This document shows, in pieces, positions 1 to 9,387 of a DNA stretch of 64,000 bases; the first letter of the stretch is position 1; each line of letters begins with the position of its first letter. The translations under genes and the position numbers were made by a program. A model generated the notes under the pieces. It ran no database searches. It was not told the origin of the DNA and was given only the letters and a program-made list of their open reading frames with translations. This DNA is from Terriglobia bacterium (GTDB lineage Bacteria > Acidobacteriota > Terriglobia > 20CM-2-55-15): assembly GCA_965198225.1 (NCBI GenBank), contig CBDAOY010000005.1, forward strand, positions 847,065 to 911,064, given 5' to 3'.

Positions 1-782
1 GGGACTTCCTCCGACTGGTCGACGTCGGCGGGGAGGTTCGGATGGTCGCGCCGAACACGGGCCGGGACCACACGGCACAGATGCGGCGTTTTGCCCGGGC
101 GCGCGTGCGGACGCTGTCGCAGGAAAGTCTGTCCGGGTACATCTTCAAGCGCAGTTCGCCGTCCTGCGGCGTCGAGCGGGTCAAGGTCTACAGAGACGGA
201 ATCCCAGGCGGAAGGGGCCGCGGCCTGTTCGCCTCGGCGTTGATCGAGGCGAGCCCCACCCTGCCGGTGGAAGAAGAGGGGCGGTTGAACGACCCCCGGC
301 TGCGGGAGAACTTCGTGTCCCGCGTCTTCGCGCACCATCGCTGGCACGAGTTGGGTCGAAAAACCCGCAAGGCAATGATGGAATACCACGCCGCACACAA
401 ATTCGTGTTGATGTCGCACAGCCAGCAGGGCATGCGGCGGCTGGGTGCGATGCTGGGCGGGGCAAAGGAGTATCCCGGAACGCGGGAGCTGACGGACGCC
501 TACTGGGCGGAGTTCTCCGAGATCATGAAGCGAACGCCCTCACGCCGCAATCACACGAACGTGCTGCAGCATATCGCCGGGTTCGTTTCCGACAGGATCG
601 ACGCCGAGGATCGTGCGGAACTGCAGCAGGCGATCGAGCACTACCGACTGGAGCTGACGCCCTTGATCGTCCCCGTGACCCTGTTGCGTCACTACGTGCG
701 GCGGCTGCGGATCGGGTACCTGCAGGGCCAGGTCTATCTCGATCCGCACCCGGATGAACTGATGTTGTTGAACCAGCTGTGA
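1..782 (+). CDS. DUF523/DUF1722 (YbgA-like, 2-thiouracil desulfurase family) protein, 5' part probably outside the window
   Basis: Motifs KRSSPSCG, GLFA, PVEEEGRL..RENF, HAAHKFVLMSHS, NVLQHIAGF and terminal YLxP.P.ELML. The frame is open from the window edge. Confidence 0.85.
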   Translation, partial: DFLRLVDVGGEVRMVAPNTGRDHTAQMRRFARARVRTLSQESLSGYIFKRSSPSCGVERVKVYRDGIPGGRGRGLFASALIEASPTLPVEEEGRLNDPRLRENFVSRVFAHHRWHELGRKTRKAMMEYHAAHKFVLMSHSQQGMRRLGAMLGGAKEYPGTRELTDAYWAEFSEIMKRTPSRRNHTNVLQHIAGFVSDRIDAEDRAELQQAIEHYRLELTPLIVPVTLLRHYVRRLRIGYLQGQVYLDPHPDELMLLNQL

Positions 783-1267
783 GCCTCGTCAGGAAGATAC
801 TCGCGGGCATTCTTATCTTCACCGTGATCGGCTACGGCGGCGTCCTCGTCGTTGTCGTGTCTTCACCTGAACCGCCATCGGGTTCCCACGACGGGCTGCT
901 CCCGTGCCCGGAAAGTCCGAACTGCGTGTCGAGTCGCGCCTCAGCCGACGATTCGACCCATTTCATCGAGCCTTTCCGATTCCAGGGACTTACCGAAGAG
1001 GCCTGGACGGCTTTGAAGTCGGGCGTGTCGTCGCTGCCGCGAAGCACGATCGTGGGCGAGTCTTCGGGTTACCTGCACTTCGAGGTAAGAACGTTCATTT
1101 TCCGATTTATCGATGATGTCGAGTTCCTGCTCGTTGCCGACGAACAGACCATCCATATGCGGTCTGCCTCGAGGCTGGGCTATGGTGACCTGGGGGTGAA
1201 CCGAAAGCGTGTGGAAACGATCAGGCAGATGCTGGATCAGACCCGGACGTTCCGACGCCAACCGTGA
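779..1267 (+). CDS. DUF1499 domain protein
   Basis: PCPESPNCVSS, F.FIDDVEF, RSASRLGYGDLGVNRKRVE; GTGA overlap with the upstream gene. Confidence 0.85.
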   Translation: MSLVRKILAGILIFTVIGYGGVLVVVVSSPEPPSGSHDGLLPCPESPNCVSSRASADDSTHFIEPFRFQGLTEEAWTALKSGVSSLPRSTIVGESSGYLHFEVRTFIFRFIDDVEFLLVADEQTIHMRSASRLGYGDLGVNRKRVETIRQMLDQTRTFRRQP

Positions 1268-1782
1268 AGACATTCGAATTCCGCAACGAGATCTGGATTC
1301 CACGAACATCGAACGAAATCTTTGGCTTCTTTTCCGACGCCGGCAATCTGGACTATCTGACCCCGGAGTGGCTGCACTTCCGAATCCTGACACCACGCCC
1401 GATCGCCATGGCGGAAGGCACGGAGATCGACTACTACCTGCGGCTTCGCGGGCTGCCTCTCCGCTGGCGGAGCCGGATAACAACGTGGGATCCCCCGAAT
1501 CTCTTCGTCGACGAACAGGTCCGCGGTCCCTATAGAAGTTGGATCCATGAACACCACTTCCGACCGACCGACGGCGGCACCATGGTCGAAGATCACGTCC
1601 GTTACGCCGTCTGGGGAGGCGTCGTCGCAAATCGACTTCTGGTCGCACGCGACTTGGCGCGCATCTTTGCATACCGTAGCCGGCGGCTGGCCGAGCACTT
1701 CCCTCCAAATGACGACGCGGCTTCGACTCGACTTACGGCTGCTCACTCACAAGCCCTTGATTCCAGCAGGCAACGTGACTAG
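1264..1782 (+). CDS. SRPBCC family protein
   Basis: FFSDAGNL..LTP, WRSRIT.W.PP..FVDEQVRGPY..W.HEH.F. Confidence 0.85.
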   Translation: MKTFEFRNEIWIPRTSNEIFGFFSDAGNLDYLTPEWLHFRILTPRPIAMAEGTEIDYYLRLRGLPLRWRSRITTWDPPNLFVDEQVRGPYRSWIHEHHFRPTDGGTMVEDHVRYAVWGGVVANRLLVARDLARIFAYRSRRLAEHFPPNDDAASTRLTAAHSQALDSSRQRD

Positions 1783-1818
1783 TATTCACACTTCATTCCA
1801 GAGGTTCGACCGTAGCCC

Positions 1819-2121
1819 ATGCATCTGACGCCAAGAGAAATCGAGAAGCTGATGATCTTTACCGCCGGGGAAGTCGCACGCAAACGCCGCGGCCGCGGGC
1901 TGAAGCTCAACTACCCGGAGGCGGTGGCGCTGATCACGTCGGAAGTCCTGGAAGAGATCCGCAACGGGAAGACCGTTGCGGAGTTGATGGAGTTCGGAAG
2001 GACGATCCTGAAGGCCGATGAAGTGATGGAAGGCGTGCCCGAGATGATCCCCGAGATCCAGATCGAAGGAACGTTTCCGGACGGCACGAAGCTGGTTACG
2101 ATTCACCACCCGATCACTTAG
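1819..2121 (+). CDS. ureA: urease subunit gamma
   Basis: [37 protein letters not shown]. Confidence 0.98.
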   Translation: MHLTPREIEKLMIFTAGEVARKRRGRGLKLNYPEAVALITSEVLEEIRNGKTVAELMEFGRTILKADEVMEGVPEMIPEIQIEGTFPDGTKLVTIHHPIT

Positions 2122-2131
2122 AGAATCCCCG

Positions 2132-2500
2132 ATGATTCCAGGCGAATACCAACTCCGGGACGAAGCGATCGAGGCGAATGCGGGCCGGGATACCGTCCGG
2201 TTGGAGGTTTCCAACCTTGGCGACCGACCCGTCCAGGTTGGCTCCCACTGCCATTTCTTCGAGTCCAACCGGTGGCTCGCGTTCGATCGCGAGAGAGCCT
2301 ACGGGATGCGCTTGAACATTCCCGCCGGAACTGCGGTTCGCTTCGAGCCGGGCGACACGCGGGAGGTCGATCTTGTTGCGCTGGCCGGCGACCGTGTCGT
2401 GCACGGGATCAACGGGTTGGTGAACGGCAAGCTGGATGATGCCGAGGTGAAGGCCCGTGCTCTTGCCGCTGCTGCTGCCTTCGAGAGGAAACCGGAATGA
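2132..2500 (+). CDS. ureB: urease subunit beta
   Basis: [38 protein letters not shown]. Confidence 0.98.
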   Translation: MIPGEYQLRDEAIEANAGRDTVRLEVSNLGDRPVQVGSHCHFFESNRWLAFDRERAYGMRLNIPAGTAVRFEPGDTREVDLVALAGDRVVHGINGLVNGKLDDAEVKARALAAAAAFERKPE

Positions 2501-4200
2501 AGATCGACCGGTCCAGTTACGGGGAACATTTCGGACCCACCACGGGCGATCGGGTGCGGCTCGGGGATACCGACCTGTTCATCGAGGTCGAATCGGACCA
2601 CAGCGTCTACGGTGAGGAGGTCAAGTTCGGCGGAGGCAAGGTCATCCGCGACGGCATGGGGCAATCCGCGTCAGCGTCCCGCGAAGCCGGCTCTCCCGAC
2701 CTCGTGATCACCAACGCGCTCGTCATCGATCATACGGGTATCTTCAAAGCCGACATCGCCGTTCGCGACGGCAGGATCTCCGCAATCGGCAAGGCCGGGA
2801 ACCCCGACATCATGGATGGCGTTACCGAAGGGATGGCGATCAGCGCATCCACGGAGATTCTCGCGGGCGAGGGACGCATCGTCACGGCCGGCGGTATCGA
2901 CGCCCACATCCATTTCATATCGCCGAATCAGATTCCGGAGGCATTCTATTCCGGCGTCACGACCCTGATCGGCGGTGGCACCGGGCCCGCGACGGGGACG
3001 AACGCGACGACCTGCACGCCCGGCCCGTGGAACATCCGACGCATGTACGAGGCGTCTGAGGCATTCCCGCTGAATTTTGGCTTTCTCGGGAAGGGGAACT
3101 CTTCGCTGCCAGGAGCTCTGGAAGAACAGATCCGAGCCGGCGCTCTCGGCCTGAAGCTCCATGAAGACTGGGGAACGACGCCGGCGGCGATTGATCAATG
3201 TCTGACAGTCGCCGACCGGTTCGACGTCCAGGTCGCGATCCACACCGATACGCTCAACGAAGCCGGGTTTGTAGAGGACACGATCGCTGCGTTCAAGGGA
3301 AGAACGATCCACACCTACCACACCGAGGGCGCCGGGGGCGGCCATGCTCCCGACATCATCCGCCTCTGCGGCGAATCGAACGTCCTGCCCTCCTCGACCA
3401 ATCCCACGATGCCCTTCACGCGGAACACGATGGACGAGCACCTGGACATGCTGATGGTGTGCCACCATCTGTCGGCATCCATCCCTGAAGACGTCGCGTT
3501 TGCCGACTCGCGGATTCGAGCCGAAACGATCGCGGCCGAGGACATCCTGCACGACATGGGTGCTTTCAGCATCATGGCCTCCGACTCCCAGGCCATGGGC
3601 CGGATCGGTGAAGTCATCTGCCGGACCTGGCAGACAGCCGACAAGATGAAGAAGCAGCGCGGACGTGTCGACGAAACCGGTGACAATGACAACGTCCGGG
3701 CCAAGCGCTACGTGTCGAAGTACACGATCAACCCGGCGATCGCACACGGCATTGCCGGAACGGTGGGATCGGTCGAGGTCGGGAAGATGGCGGACCTGGT
3801 TCTGTGGAAACCGGCCTTCTTCGGCGTGAAGCCGGAGGTCATCGTGAAGGGTGGGTTCATCGCGGGGGCTGCCATGGGTGATGGGAACGCGTCGATCCCC
3901 ACGCCGCAGCCCTACGTCTACCGGCCGATGTTCGGCCATCATGGCCAGGCGCTCGATTCGACTTCCGTGCACTTTGTTTCGCAGGCCGGGGTGGAGACCA
4001 ACGGGCTCGACGGACTGCGCCGCAGACTCGACCCCGTCCGCGGCTGCCGTACACTCGGCAAGAAAGATCTCAAGTGGAACGATGCGACACCCAATATCGA
4101 AGTCAACCCGGAGACCTACGAAGTGCGCGCCGACGGTGAGCTGCTGACCTGCGACCCGGCCGAAATACTTCCCCTGGCGCAACGTTACTTCCTTTTCTGA
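2497..4200 (+). CDS. ureC: urease subunit alpha
   Basis: [13 protein letters not shown], Ni ligands [31 protein letters not shown], terminal [10 protein letters not shown]. Confidence 0.99.
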   Translation: MKIDRSSYGEHFGPTTGDRVRLGDTDLFIEVESDHSVYGEEVKFGGGKVIRDGMGQSASASREAGSPDLVITNALVIDHTGIFKADIAVRDGRISAIGKAGNPDIMDGVTEGMAISASTEILAGEGRIVTAGGIDAHIHFISPNQIPEAFYSGVTTLIGGGTGPATGTNATTCTPGPWNIRRMYEASEAFPLNFGFLGKGNSSLPGALEEQIRAGALGLKLHEDWGTTPAAIDQCLTVADRFDVQVAIHTDTLNEAGFVEDTIAAFKGRTIHTYHTEGAGGGHAPDIIRLCGESNVLPSSTNPTMPFTRNTMDEHLDMLMVCHHLSASIPEDVAFADSRIRAETIAAEDILHDMGAFSIMASDSQAMGRIGEVICRTWQTADKMKKQRGRVDETGDNDNVRAKRYVSKYTINPAIAHGIAGTVGSVEVGKMADLVLWKPAFFGVKPEVIVKGGFIAGAAMGDGNASIPTPQPYVYRPMFGHHGQALDSTSVHFVSQAGVETNGLDGLRRRLDPVRGCRTLGKKDLKWNDATPNIEVNPETYEVRADGELLTCDPAEILPLAQRYFLF

Positions 4201-4201
4201 C

Positions 4202-4654
4202 ATGACGGTGGTCGAACACGTGGCACGGGAGTACGCGCTTCAGGGAGAGCCGTCCGGTTATCGGCGGACCACGATGACGCTCCCACTTGAAGAGCGTCAG
4301 AAGACACACGGTCGACGGCGGTCCGACGACGGGATCGAATTCGCGATCTCACTCGAGCCGGGCCTGACACTCGGGGACGGGGACTGTCTGCTTCTCGAAG
4401 ACGAGCGGGTCGCTGTCGTCGTCCGGGAGGCCGCCGAAGCGGTGTATGTCGTCCGTCCGCGGTCCGCACGGGAGTGGGCGTATTTCGCGTACCAGATCGG
4501 CAACCGGCATCAGAAACTCATGATCAGCGAGAAGGAACTGGTGTGTTTGCAGGACCCGGCCGTCCGGAGCCTTTTCGAACAGTTGCATGTGGAGTACGTC
4601 GAGGACAGCAGACCCTTCACCCCGGCTACAGTAGCGGGCCATCATAGCCACTGA
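4202..4654 (+). CDS. ureE: urease accessory Ni chaperone UreE
   Basis: AYQIGNRH motif, His-rich C-terminus (HHSH), position after ureC. Confidence 0.92.
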   Translation: MTVVEHVAREYALQGEPSGYRRTTMTLPLEERQKTHGRRRSDDGIEFAISLEPGLTLGDGDCLLLEDERVAVVVREAAEAVYVVRPRSAREWAYFAYQIGNRHQKLMISEKELVCLQDPAVRSLFEQLHVEYVEDSRPFTPATVAGHHSH

Positions 4655-4672
4655 ACGGAACGCACCGCGAAG

Positions 4673-4741
4673 TGTAAGTGCGCTCTATGAGCGCACAGAA
4701 GTCTCGAGTTTGAAGATGTGCGGTCATAGACCGCACCTACA
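4673..4741. repeat. GTAG-type REP inverted doublet
   Basis: TGTAAGTGCGCTCTATGAGCGCAC facing GTGCGGTCATAGACCGCACCTACA, between ureE and ureF. Confidence 0.85.
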
Positions 4742-4761
4742 CCGTTCTGGAGAAAACGCCG

Positions 4762-5448
4762 TTGGACTCAACTCAATTCCTCCAGATCCTCCAGCTTAGC
4801 GACGGCCTTTTCCCGATAGGGGCGTTCGCGTTTTCCGACGGACTGGAGACAGCTGCCCAGCGTGATGAAGTCGTGGATGCGGACGATGTTCGTGTCTGGC
4901 TCGAACATTATGTCCGTGACGTTTTCGGAAATTCGGAAGGACCCGCGCTCGTACAATCCATGGCCGCTTTTCCGGAGGACTGGAAGCGGCTCGAGCGGCT
5001 GGACCGCGAACTGACCGCGCTGAGACCTTCATCAGAGACGCGTGCGAGCAGCCGATCGCTGGGCCTTCGTCTGTTGAAAACGTGCGTCGAGCTCCATCCC
5101 GGTCGGGGTCTGGAAGACCTGCTGGAGCGAATCGGGTCCGGGCAGTGCCATGGAAACGTGGCTCTCGTGCACGGCGCCGTGTTCCGCGCGTTGGGGTTCG
5201 ACGAAAAGGAAGCGCTCCTCGCGTTTGCGTACTCCCGTCTGTCGGGAACTGCGTCGGCGGCATTGAGGCTTGCCCCGGTCGGGCAGCAGGAGATACAGGG
5301 GGTTCTCAGCAACGTTCTTGGGCGCGTCCCGGACGTCGTGGACCAGATCCTGCGAAACCCCTTGAGATGCATGACGTCGTTCGTTCCCGTGATGGACGTT
5401 GCCCAGATGGAACACCGACATCTCTACAGCCGCCTGTTCCGGTCTTGA
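4762..5448 (+). CDS. ureF: urease accessory protein UreF
   Basis: LQLSDGLFPIGAFAFSDGLE and terminal H..LYSRLFRS; TTG start after GGAG. Confidence 0.95.
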   Translation: MDSTQFLQILQLSDGLFPIGAFAFSDGLETAAQRDEVVDADDVRVWLEHYVRDVFGNSEGPALVQSMAAFPEDWKRLERLDRELTALRPSSETRASSRSLGLRLLKTCVELHPGRGLEDLLERIGSGQCHGNVALVHGAVFRALGFDEKEALLAFAYSRLSGTASAALRLAPVGQQEIQGVLSNVLGRVPDVVDQILRNPLRCMTSFVPVMDVAQMEHRHLYSRLFRS

Positions 5449-5469
5449 GTTTGGGAGAGACACCCCCGT

Positions 5470-6336
5470 ATGGATATCACCGTCCTCGTCAACCAGATCT
5501 TCTTCCCCTTCTGCATCATCACCATCATGTTCGCTCTCGGAACGACGCTCGAGGGCGCAGACTTCAAGCGGGTGGCGTTCAAGCCGAAGCCCGTGGTCCT
5601 GGGTCTCGTCGGGCAAATGATCCTGATGCCAGCGACGGCGTTCTTGTTTACCGTTTTCGTCCCGATGGACCCGGCGGTCGCGATCGGTCTGATCATTCTT
5701 TCGGCCTGCCCCGGTGGCGTGACGTCCAACGCGATCGTCTTCGTTGCCCGCGCCGACCTTGCCCTGTCGGTGACGCTGACAGCGCTGTCGAGCAGCCTCA
5801 CGACCGTCACCGTTCCGTTGATCGTGTCTGCGGGCCTGCGGCTTCATGCCGGCGGCGGACAGGAATTCTCGATGCCGGTGCTGGACACGATGATCCGGCT
5901 GTTCCTGTTCACGATACTGCCCATGTCGATCGGAATGTCTTTCAAGCGGTGGGCTCCTGCCATCGAAGCCGCATGGCGCAAATCGCTGCGCCTGTTCACC
6001 CTGCTCGTGATGATCGCGATGGTCTCGGTGGGAACTTTCACGTCGGTGGATTTCCTGGCGAGCAACCTTTTCGGCATGGTTCTCGCGACGCTCGGACTCG
6101 TAGTCATGACGATGTCGTTAGGCTACCTGCTGGCCCGGATCTTCCGTCTGGACAAACAACAGGGAGTCACGATCTCGGTGGAAGTTGGGGTGCAAAACGT
6201 GGCAGTAGCGCTCGTCGTTGCCATGACGATCCTCGATCGCCGCGAACTGGCCGTGACGCCGGGGATCTACGGTGTAATCATGTATGTGGTAGTTACGATC
6301 TTCCTGGTGTCGATGCGGAGGAGAAAACGCCTATAA
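5470..6336 (+). CDS. bile acid:sodium symporter (BASS) family transporter
   Basis: MFALGTTL, ACPGGVTSN, ADLALSV.LT, TISVEVGVQN; multiple TM segments. Confidence 0.9.
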   Translation: MDITVLVNQIFFPFCIITIMFALGTTLEGADFKRVAFKPKPVVLGLVGQMILMPATAFLFTVFVPMDPAVAIGLIILSACPGGVTSNAIVFVARADLALSVTLTALSSSLTTVTVPLIVSAGLRLHAGGGQEFSMPVLDTMIRLFLFTILPMSIGMSFKRWAPAIEAAWRKSLRLFTLLVMIAMVSVGTFTSVDFLASNLFGMVLATLGLVVMTMSLGYLLARIFRLDKQQGVTISVEVGVQNVAVALVVAMTILDRRELAVTPGIYGVIMYVVVTIFLVSMRRRKRL

Positions 6337-6390
6337 CAGGCCACTACCAGTGTGTAGGGACCGCTCGCCTGCAACCGGAGAAACAATGCA

Positions 6391-7029
6391 ATGAGAAAGC
6401 CCGTGCGTATCGGAATCGGAGGACCTGTTGGTTCGGGAAAAACCGCTCTTGTGGACTGTCTCTGCAAGAACATGCGCGACGACTACCGTCTAGGGGTCGT
6501 GACGAACGACATCTTCACCCGCGAAGACATGGAGTTCCTTGTCCGGAGTGAGGCTCTGCCGCCAGACCGGCTGATGGCGGTCGAGACCGGCGGTTGTCCG
6601 CACACGGCGATCCGTGAGGACGCGTCGCTGAACTTCGAGGCGATCGAGAAGATGGTTGCCCGGTTTCCGGACCTGGAGATTCTCTTCCTGGAGAGTGGGG
6701 GAGACAACCTTGCTGCCAGCTTCTCACCGGAGCTGGTCGATGCCTCGATATACGTCATCGACGTGTCGGGCGGCGACAAGATCCCACGGAAGGGCGGCCC
6801 GGGCATCACGCGCTCCGACCTCCTGGTCATCAACAAAACCGACCTCGCACCGCATGTCGGCGCAGATCTGGGGGTCATGGACCGTGATTCCCGAAGGATG
6901 CGCGGGGACCGGCCGTTCGTGTTCACAAACTTGAAGATGCAGGAAGGCGTCGACGGCGTCGCGTCCTGGATCCGTCGCGAGCTCCTTTTTGAAGATGTCG
7001 AGCTTTCCTCTTCCGTCTCCCGAGCCTGA
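6391..7029 (+). CDS. ureG: urease accessory GTPase UreG
   Basis: [28 protein letters not shown]. Confidence 0.98.
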   Translation: MRKPVRIGIGGPVGSGKTALVDCLCKNMRDDYRLGVVTNDIFTREDMEFLVRSEALPPDRLMAVETGGCPHTAIREDASLNFEAIEKMVARFPDLEILFLESGGDNLAASFSPELVDASIYVIDVSGGDKIPRKGGPGITRSDLLVINKTDLAPHVGADLGVMDRDSRRMRGDRPFVFTNLKMQEGVDGVASWIRRELLFEDVELSSSVSRA

Positions 7030-7867
7030 GGGGCGGGTCAACCCTCTACCTGTCCGAGACGTCGGGCGGTCCGGCCGTCTCGACATGCGCTTCAGCGTCC
7101 GACGTGGCCGGACGGTCCTGGGCCGTCTGTATCACGAATCCCCGTTCAAGGTGACCCGGGCGCACTATTCTCCCGCCTCCTCCCTGGCTCGCGTGATCGT
7201 GATGCACTCGAGCCCCGGCCTATTCGGAGGCGATCGGCTGGAGGCGCGGATTCACGTCGAGGCCGGCGCCCGGGCCCTCGTGACCTCGCAGTCGGCGATG
7301 AAGATCCACCCTTCCGGTATCGCGCCGGCGTGCCAGTCGCTTCGAATCGCAGTCGAGACCGGCGGCGAGCTGCACTACTACGTCGACCCGGTCATCCCAT
7401 TTGCCGACAGCCGCCTCCGGCAGGACATCCGGGTTGAACTGGGAACCGGTGCCCGTTTCTACTATTGGGATGGACTGATGGCCGGCCGCGTCCGAAGAGG
7501 CGAGAGCTGGCGCTTCGCCGAACTACGCTCGGAGACCTCGGTCTTTGTAGATGCCGAACTCGCCTACCTGGACCGGTTTGAGCTGCGAGGATCCGACGAG
7601 TCTCCCACGGGGCGATGGGCGATGGACCAGCACGGGTACATGGCGACCGCGGTCGCTTACGCTCCATCTATCGACGAGGAAAGACTCGCATCCATCCGTT
7701 CCGACATCGTCTCGTCGGACGATTGCTTCGCCTGCGGCCTCGACGTTCCTTTCGAACGACTAATGATCGGCCGTTTCCTGGCAGACAACGGAGCAACCTT
7801 CAGAAAGGCCAGGGAACGCTACGAGCTTACGATTTCCCGACATCTAGTAGCCGAGCCAGATTGTTAA
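6989..7867 (+). CDS. ureD: urease accessory protein UreD/UreH
   Basis: [33 protein letters not shown]; the exact start is uncertain. Confidence 0.9.
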   Translation: MKMSSFPLPSPEPEGRVNPLPVRDVGRSGRLDMRFSVRRGRTVLGRLYHESPFKVTRAHYSPASSLARVIVMHSSPGLFGGDRLEARIHVEAGARALVTSQSAMKIHPSGIAPACQSLRIAVETGGELHYYVDPVIPFADSRLRQDIRVELGTGARFYYWDGLMAGRVRRGESWRFAELRSETSVFVDAELAYLDRFELRGSDESPTGRWAMDQHGYMATAVAYAPSIDEERLASIRSDIVSSDDCFACGLDVPFERLMIGRFLADNGATFRKARERYELTISRHLVAEPDC

Positions 7868-7868
7868 G

Positions 7869-7935
7869 TGTCGGTGCGCTCTATGAGCGCACGTCCTCGC
7901 AATGAGACAATGTGCGGTCATAGACCGCACCTACA
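7869..7935. repeat. GTAG-type REP inverted doublet
   Basis: GTGCGCTCTATGAGCGCAC facing GTGCGGTCATAGACCGCACCTACA. Confidence 0.85.
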
Positions 7936-7950
7936 CGAGTAGCGATTCCC

Positions 7951-9138
7951 ATGCTCTGTCCCGTAGACCATCACGACTTGACCGACCATGGTTCCGGCCC
8001 TCTGTGCGTTGGTTCTTGTTCCGAATGCAACGGCCTCTGGATCAGTCACACCAGTCTCGTAGCCTTCAAGAGTCTCGAACGACTTGTTGACGACCCGGAC
8101 TTCCGGGAGTCTCTCCTCGCGGTCAATCGGTCGCCGGACACTTCATCAAATGAGCGATCTTCCGAGTCGCTTCGGTGCCCGTCCTGTTCCGTGCCGCTGG
8201 AGGAACGCGAGACCGGTGCTGTGGTGGTCGACGTCTGTCTCAGGTGCGGTGGGATGTGGCTCGAAGCCCGCGAGTTGGATAACCTCCTGGGTCCCTACGC
8301 AGGCGACGGAACTCCGCCAGGCGAGCCGGAGACAGATGTCCATGCTCCCGAGGAGCCTGCCGAGCGGTTCGATCGACTTTCCTTCGACACCCCGTTCAGC
8401 CACCGGTTTGCACTGCCTTCGGCGTTCGTCATCGCAATCGTCATCAACGCCACTCCGTTCGTCTTCTTCTTCGTTCCGCTTCACGTGTGGACCCATGAAT
8501 TCGGCCACGCGACCGTCGCCTGGCTTAGCGGGCGTCGAGCGCTGCCGTTGCCTTTCGGGTGGACCAGTGTTCAGTTTGATCGATCGACGATCGTCTACAT
8601 CGCGCTGGCTTTCCTGCTCGCCGTTTTGTTCCACACCGCCTGGCGGGAACGACTCCGTTGGGCCATGGGGCTCGCGGGCGCGTTCCTGCTGTTGCAGTTC
8701 TACATGACCTGGATGGTCTCGCCGTTGACGATCGAATTGTGGATCACCTTCGGCGGTATCGGCGGGGAGTTCTACCTCAGCGCGTTTCTTATGGCCGCCT
8801 TCTATTTCCCGATGCCGGATCGGTGGCGCTGGGACTTCTGGCGTTACCCCGTACTCGTCATCGCCGCGAGCACGTTCTGGGACAGTTTCATCCAGTGGCA
8901 TCGCATTCGAGCGGGCGAAGCGCAGATTCCTTGGGGATCGATCTTCGGGGAAGGGGATGCAGGCGGAGACATGAACACCCTGGCCTTCCAGTACGGGTGG
9001 GGAAGCGAGCGTATCATCGATACGTACAATCGACTCGGTGAGTTCTGTCTCGTGGTCCTGATCTCCGTGTACGTGGCGTTCTTCCTGAAGAACCGGGCAA
9101 GGACAGGGACCAGTTCTGGGAATCGCAAGACGGGGTAA
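7951..9138 (+). CDS. double zinc-ribbon (zf-TFIIB-like) membrane protein with an M50-like HExxH domain
   Basis: CP..H..CSECNGLW and CPSC..DVCLRCGGMWLE..EL; HEFGH followed by several TM helices and a GDM motif. Confidence 0.7.
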   Translation: MLCPVDHHDLTDHGSGPLCVGSCSECNGLWISHTSLVAFKSLERLVDDPDFRESLLAVNRSPDTSSNERSSESLRCPSCSVPLEERETGAVVVDVCLRCGGMWLEARELDNLLGPYAGDGTPPGEPETDVHAPEEPAERFDRLSFDTPFSHRFALPSAFVIAIVINATPFVFFFVPLHVWTHEFGHATVAWLSGRRALPLPFGWTSVQFDRSTIVYIALAFLLAVLFHTAWRERLRWAMGLAGAFLLLQFYMTWMVSPLTIELWITFGGIGGEFYLSAFLMAAFYFPMPDRWRWDFWRYPVLVIAASTFWDSFIQWHRIRAGEAQIPWGSIFGEGDAGGDMNTLAFQYGWGSERIIDTYNRLGEFCLVVLISVYVAFFLKNRARTGTSSGNRKTG

Positions 9139-9172
9139 GAGCTTTTGTGATCAACAGATAGAGAAAAACCGC

Positions 9173-9201
9173 TTGACCGTCCTCGGGGCGACACTTATAA
9201 C
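9173..9201 (+). promoter_or_regulatory. sigma70-type promoter of the porin-urt operon
   Basis: TTGACC (9173-9178), 17-bp spacer, TATAAC (9196-9201), directly upstream of the structured leader. Confidence 0.65.
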
Positions 9202-9213
9202 TCTTACATCCCA

Positions 9214-9281
9214 GCACAACGGCGTGCGGCGGGTGCGACACTGAAGTCTTCGGCCGATCAGTCGGTCCGAGGACTTTTTTT
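9214..9281 (+). promoter_or_regulatory. ANTAR-type dual hairpin plus overlapping intrinsic terminator, unit 1
   Basis: GCAC-AACGGC-GTGC (9214-9227) and GAC-ACTGAA-GTC (9237-9248), both with AxxGxx hexaloops. The second overlaps terminator AAGTCTTCGG..CCGAGGACTT followed by a T-run (9244-9281). Confidence 0.8.
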
Positions 9282-9287
9282 GTACGC

Positions 9288-9362
9288 GACACCGAAGTCT
9301 TCCATTGGACATCGACGTCCTGGCGTGAGCGGAAAGCTCTCACTCAGGGCGTTTTTTCTTTT
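9288..9362 (+). promoter_or_regulatory. ANTAR-type dual hairpin plus overlapping intrinsic terminator, unit 2
   Basis: GAC-ACCGAA-GTC (9288-9299) and GGAC-ATCGAC-GTCC (9307-9320). The second overlaps terminator GACGTCCTG..GTGAG..CTCAC..CAGGGCGTT followed by a T-run. Confidence 0.8.
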
Positions 9363-9387
9363 CTGGTGAAAGTCTGGAGGACATGAG

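Noticed and set aside
9210-9362. metabolite riboswitch (for example guanidine) in the urt leader
   Set aside because: No ykkC or mini-ykkC ACGR-loop consensus; AxxGxx hexaloops overlapping terminators fit ANTAR better.
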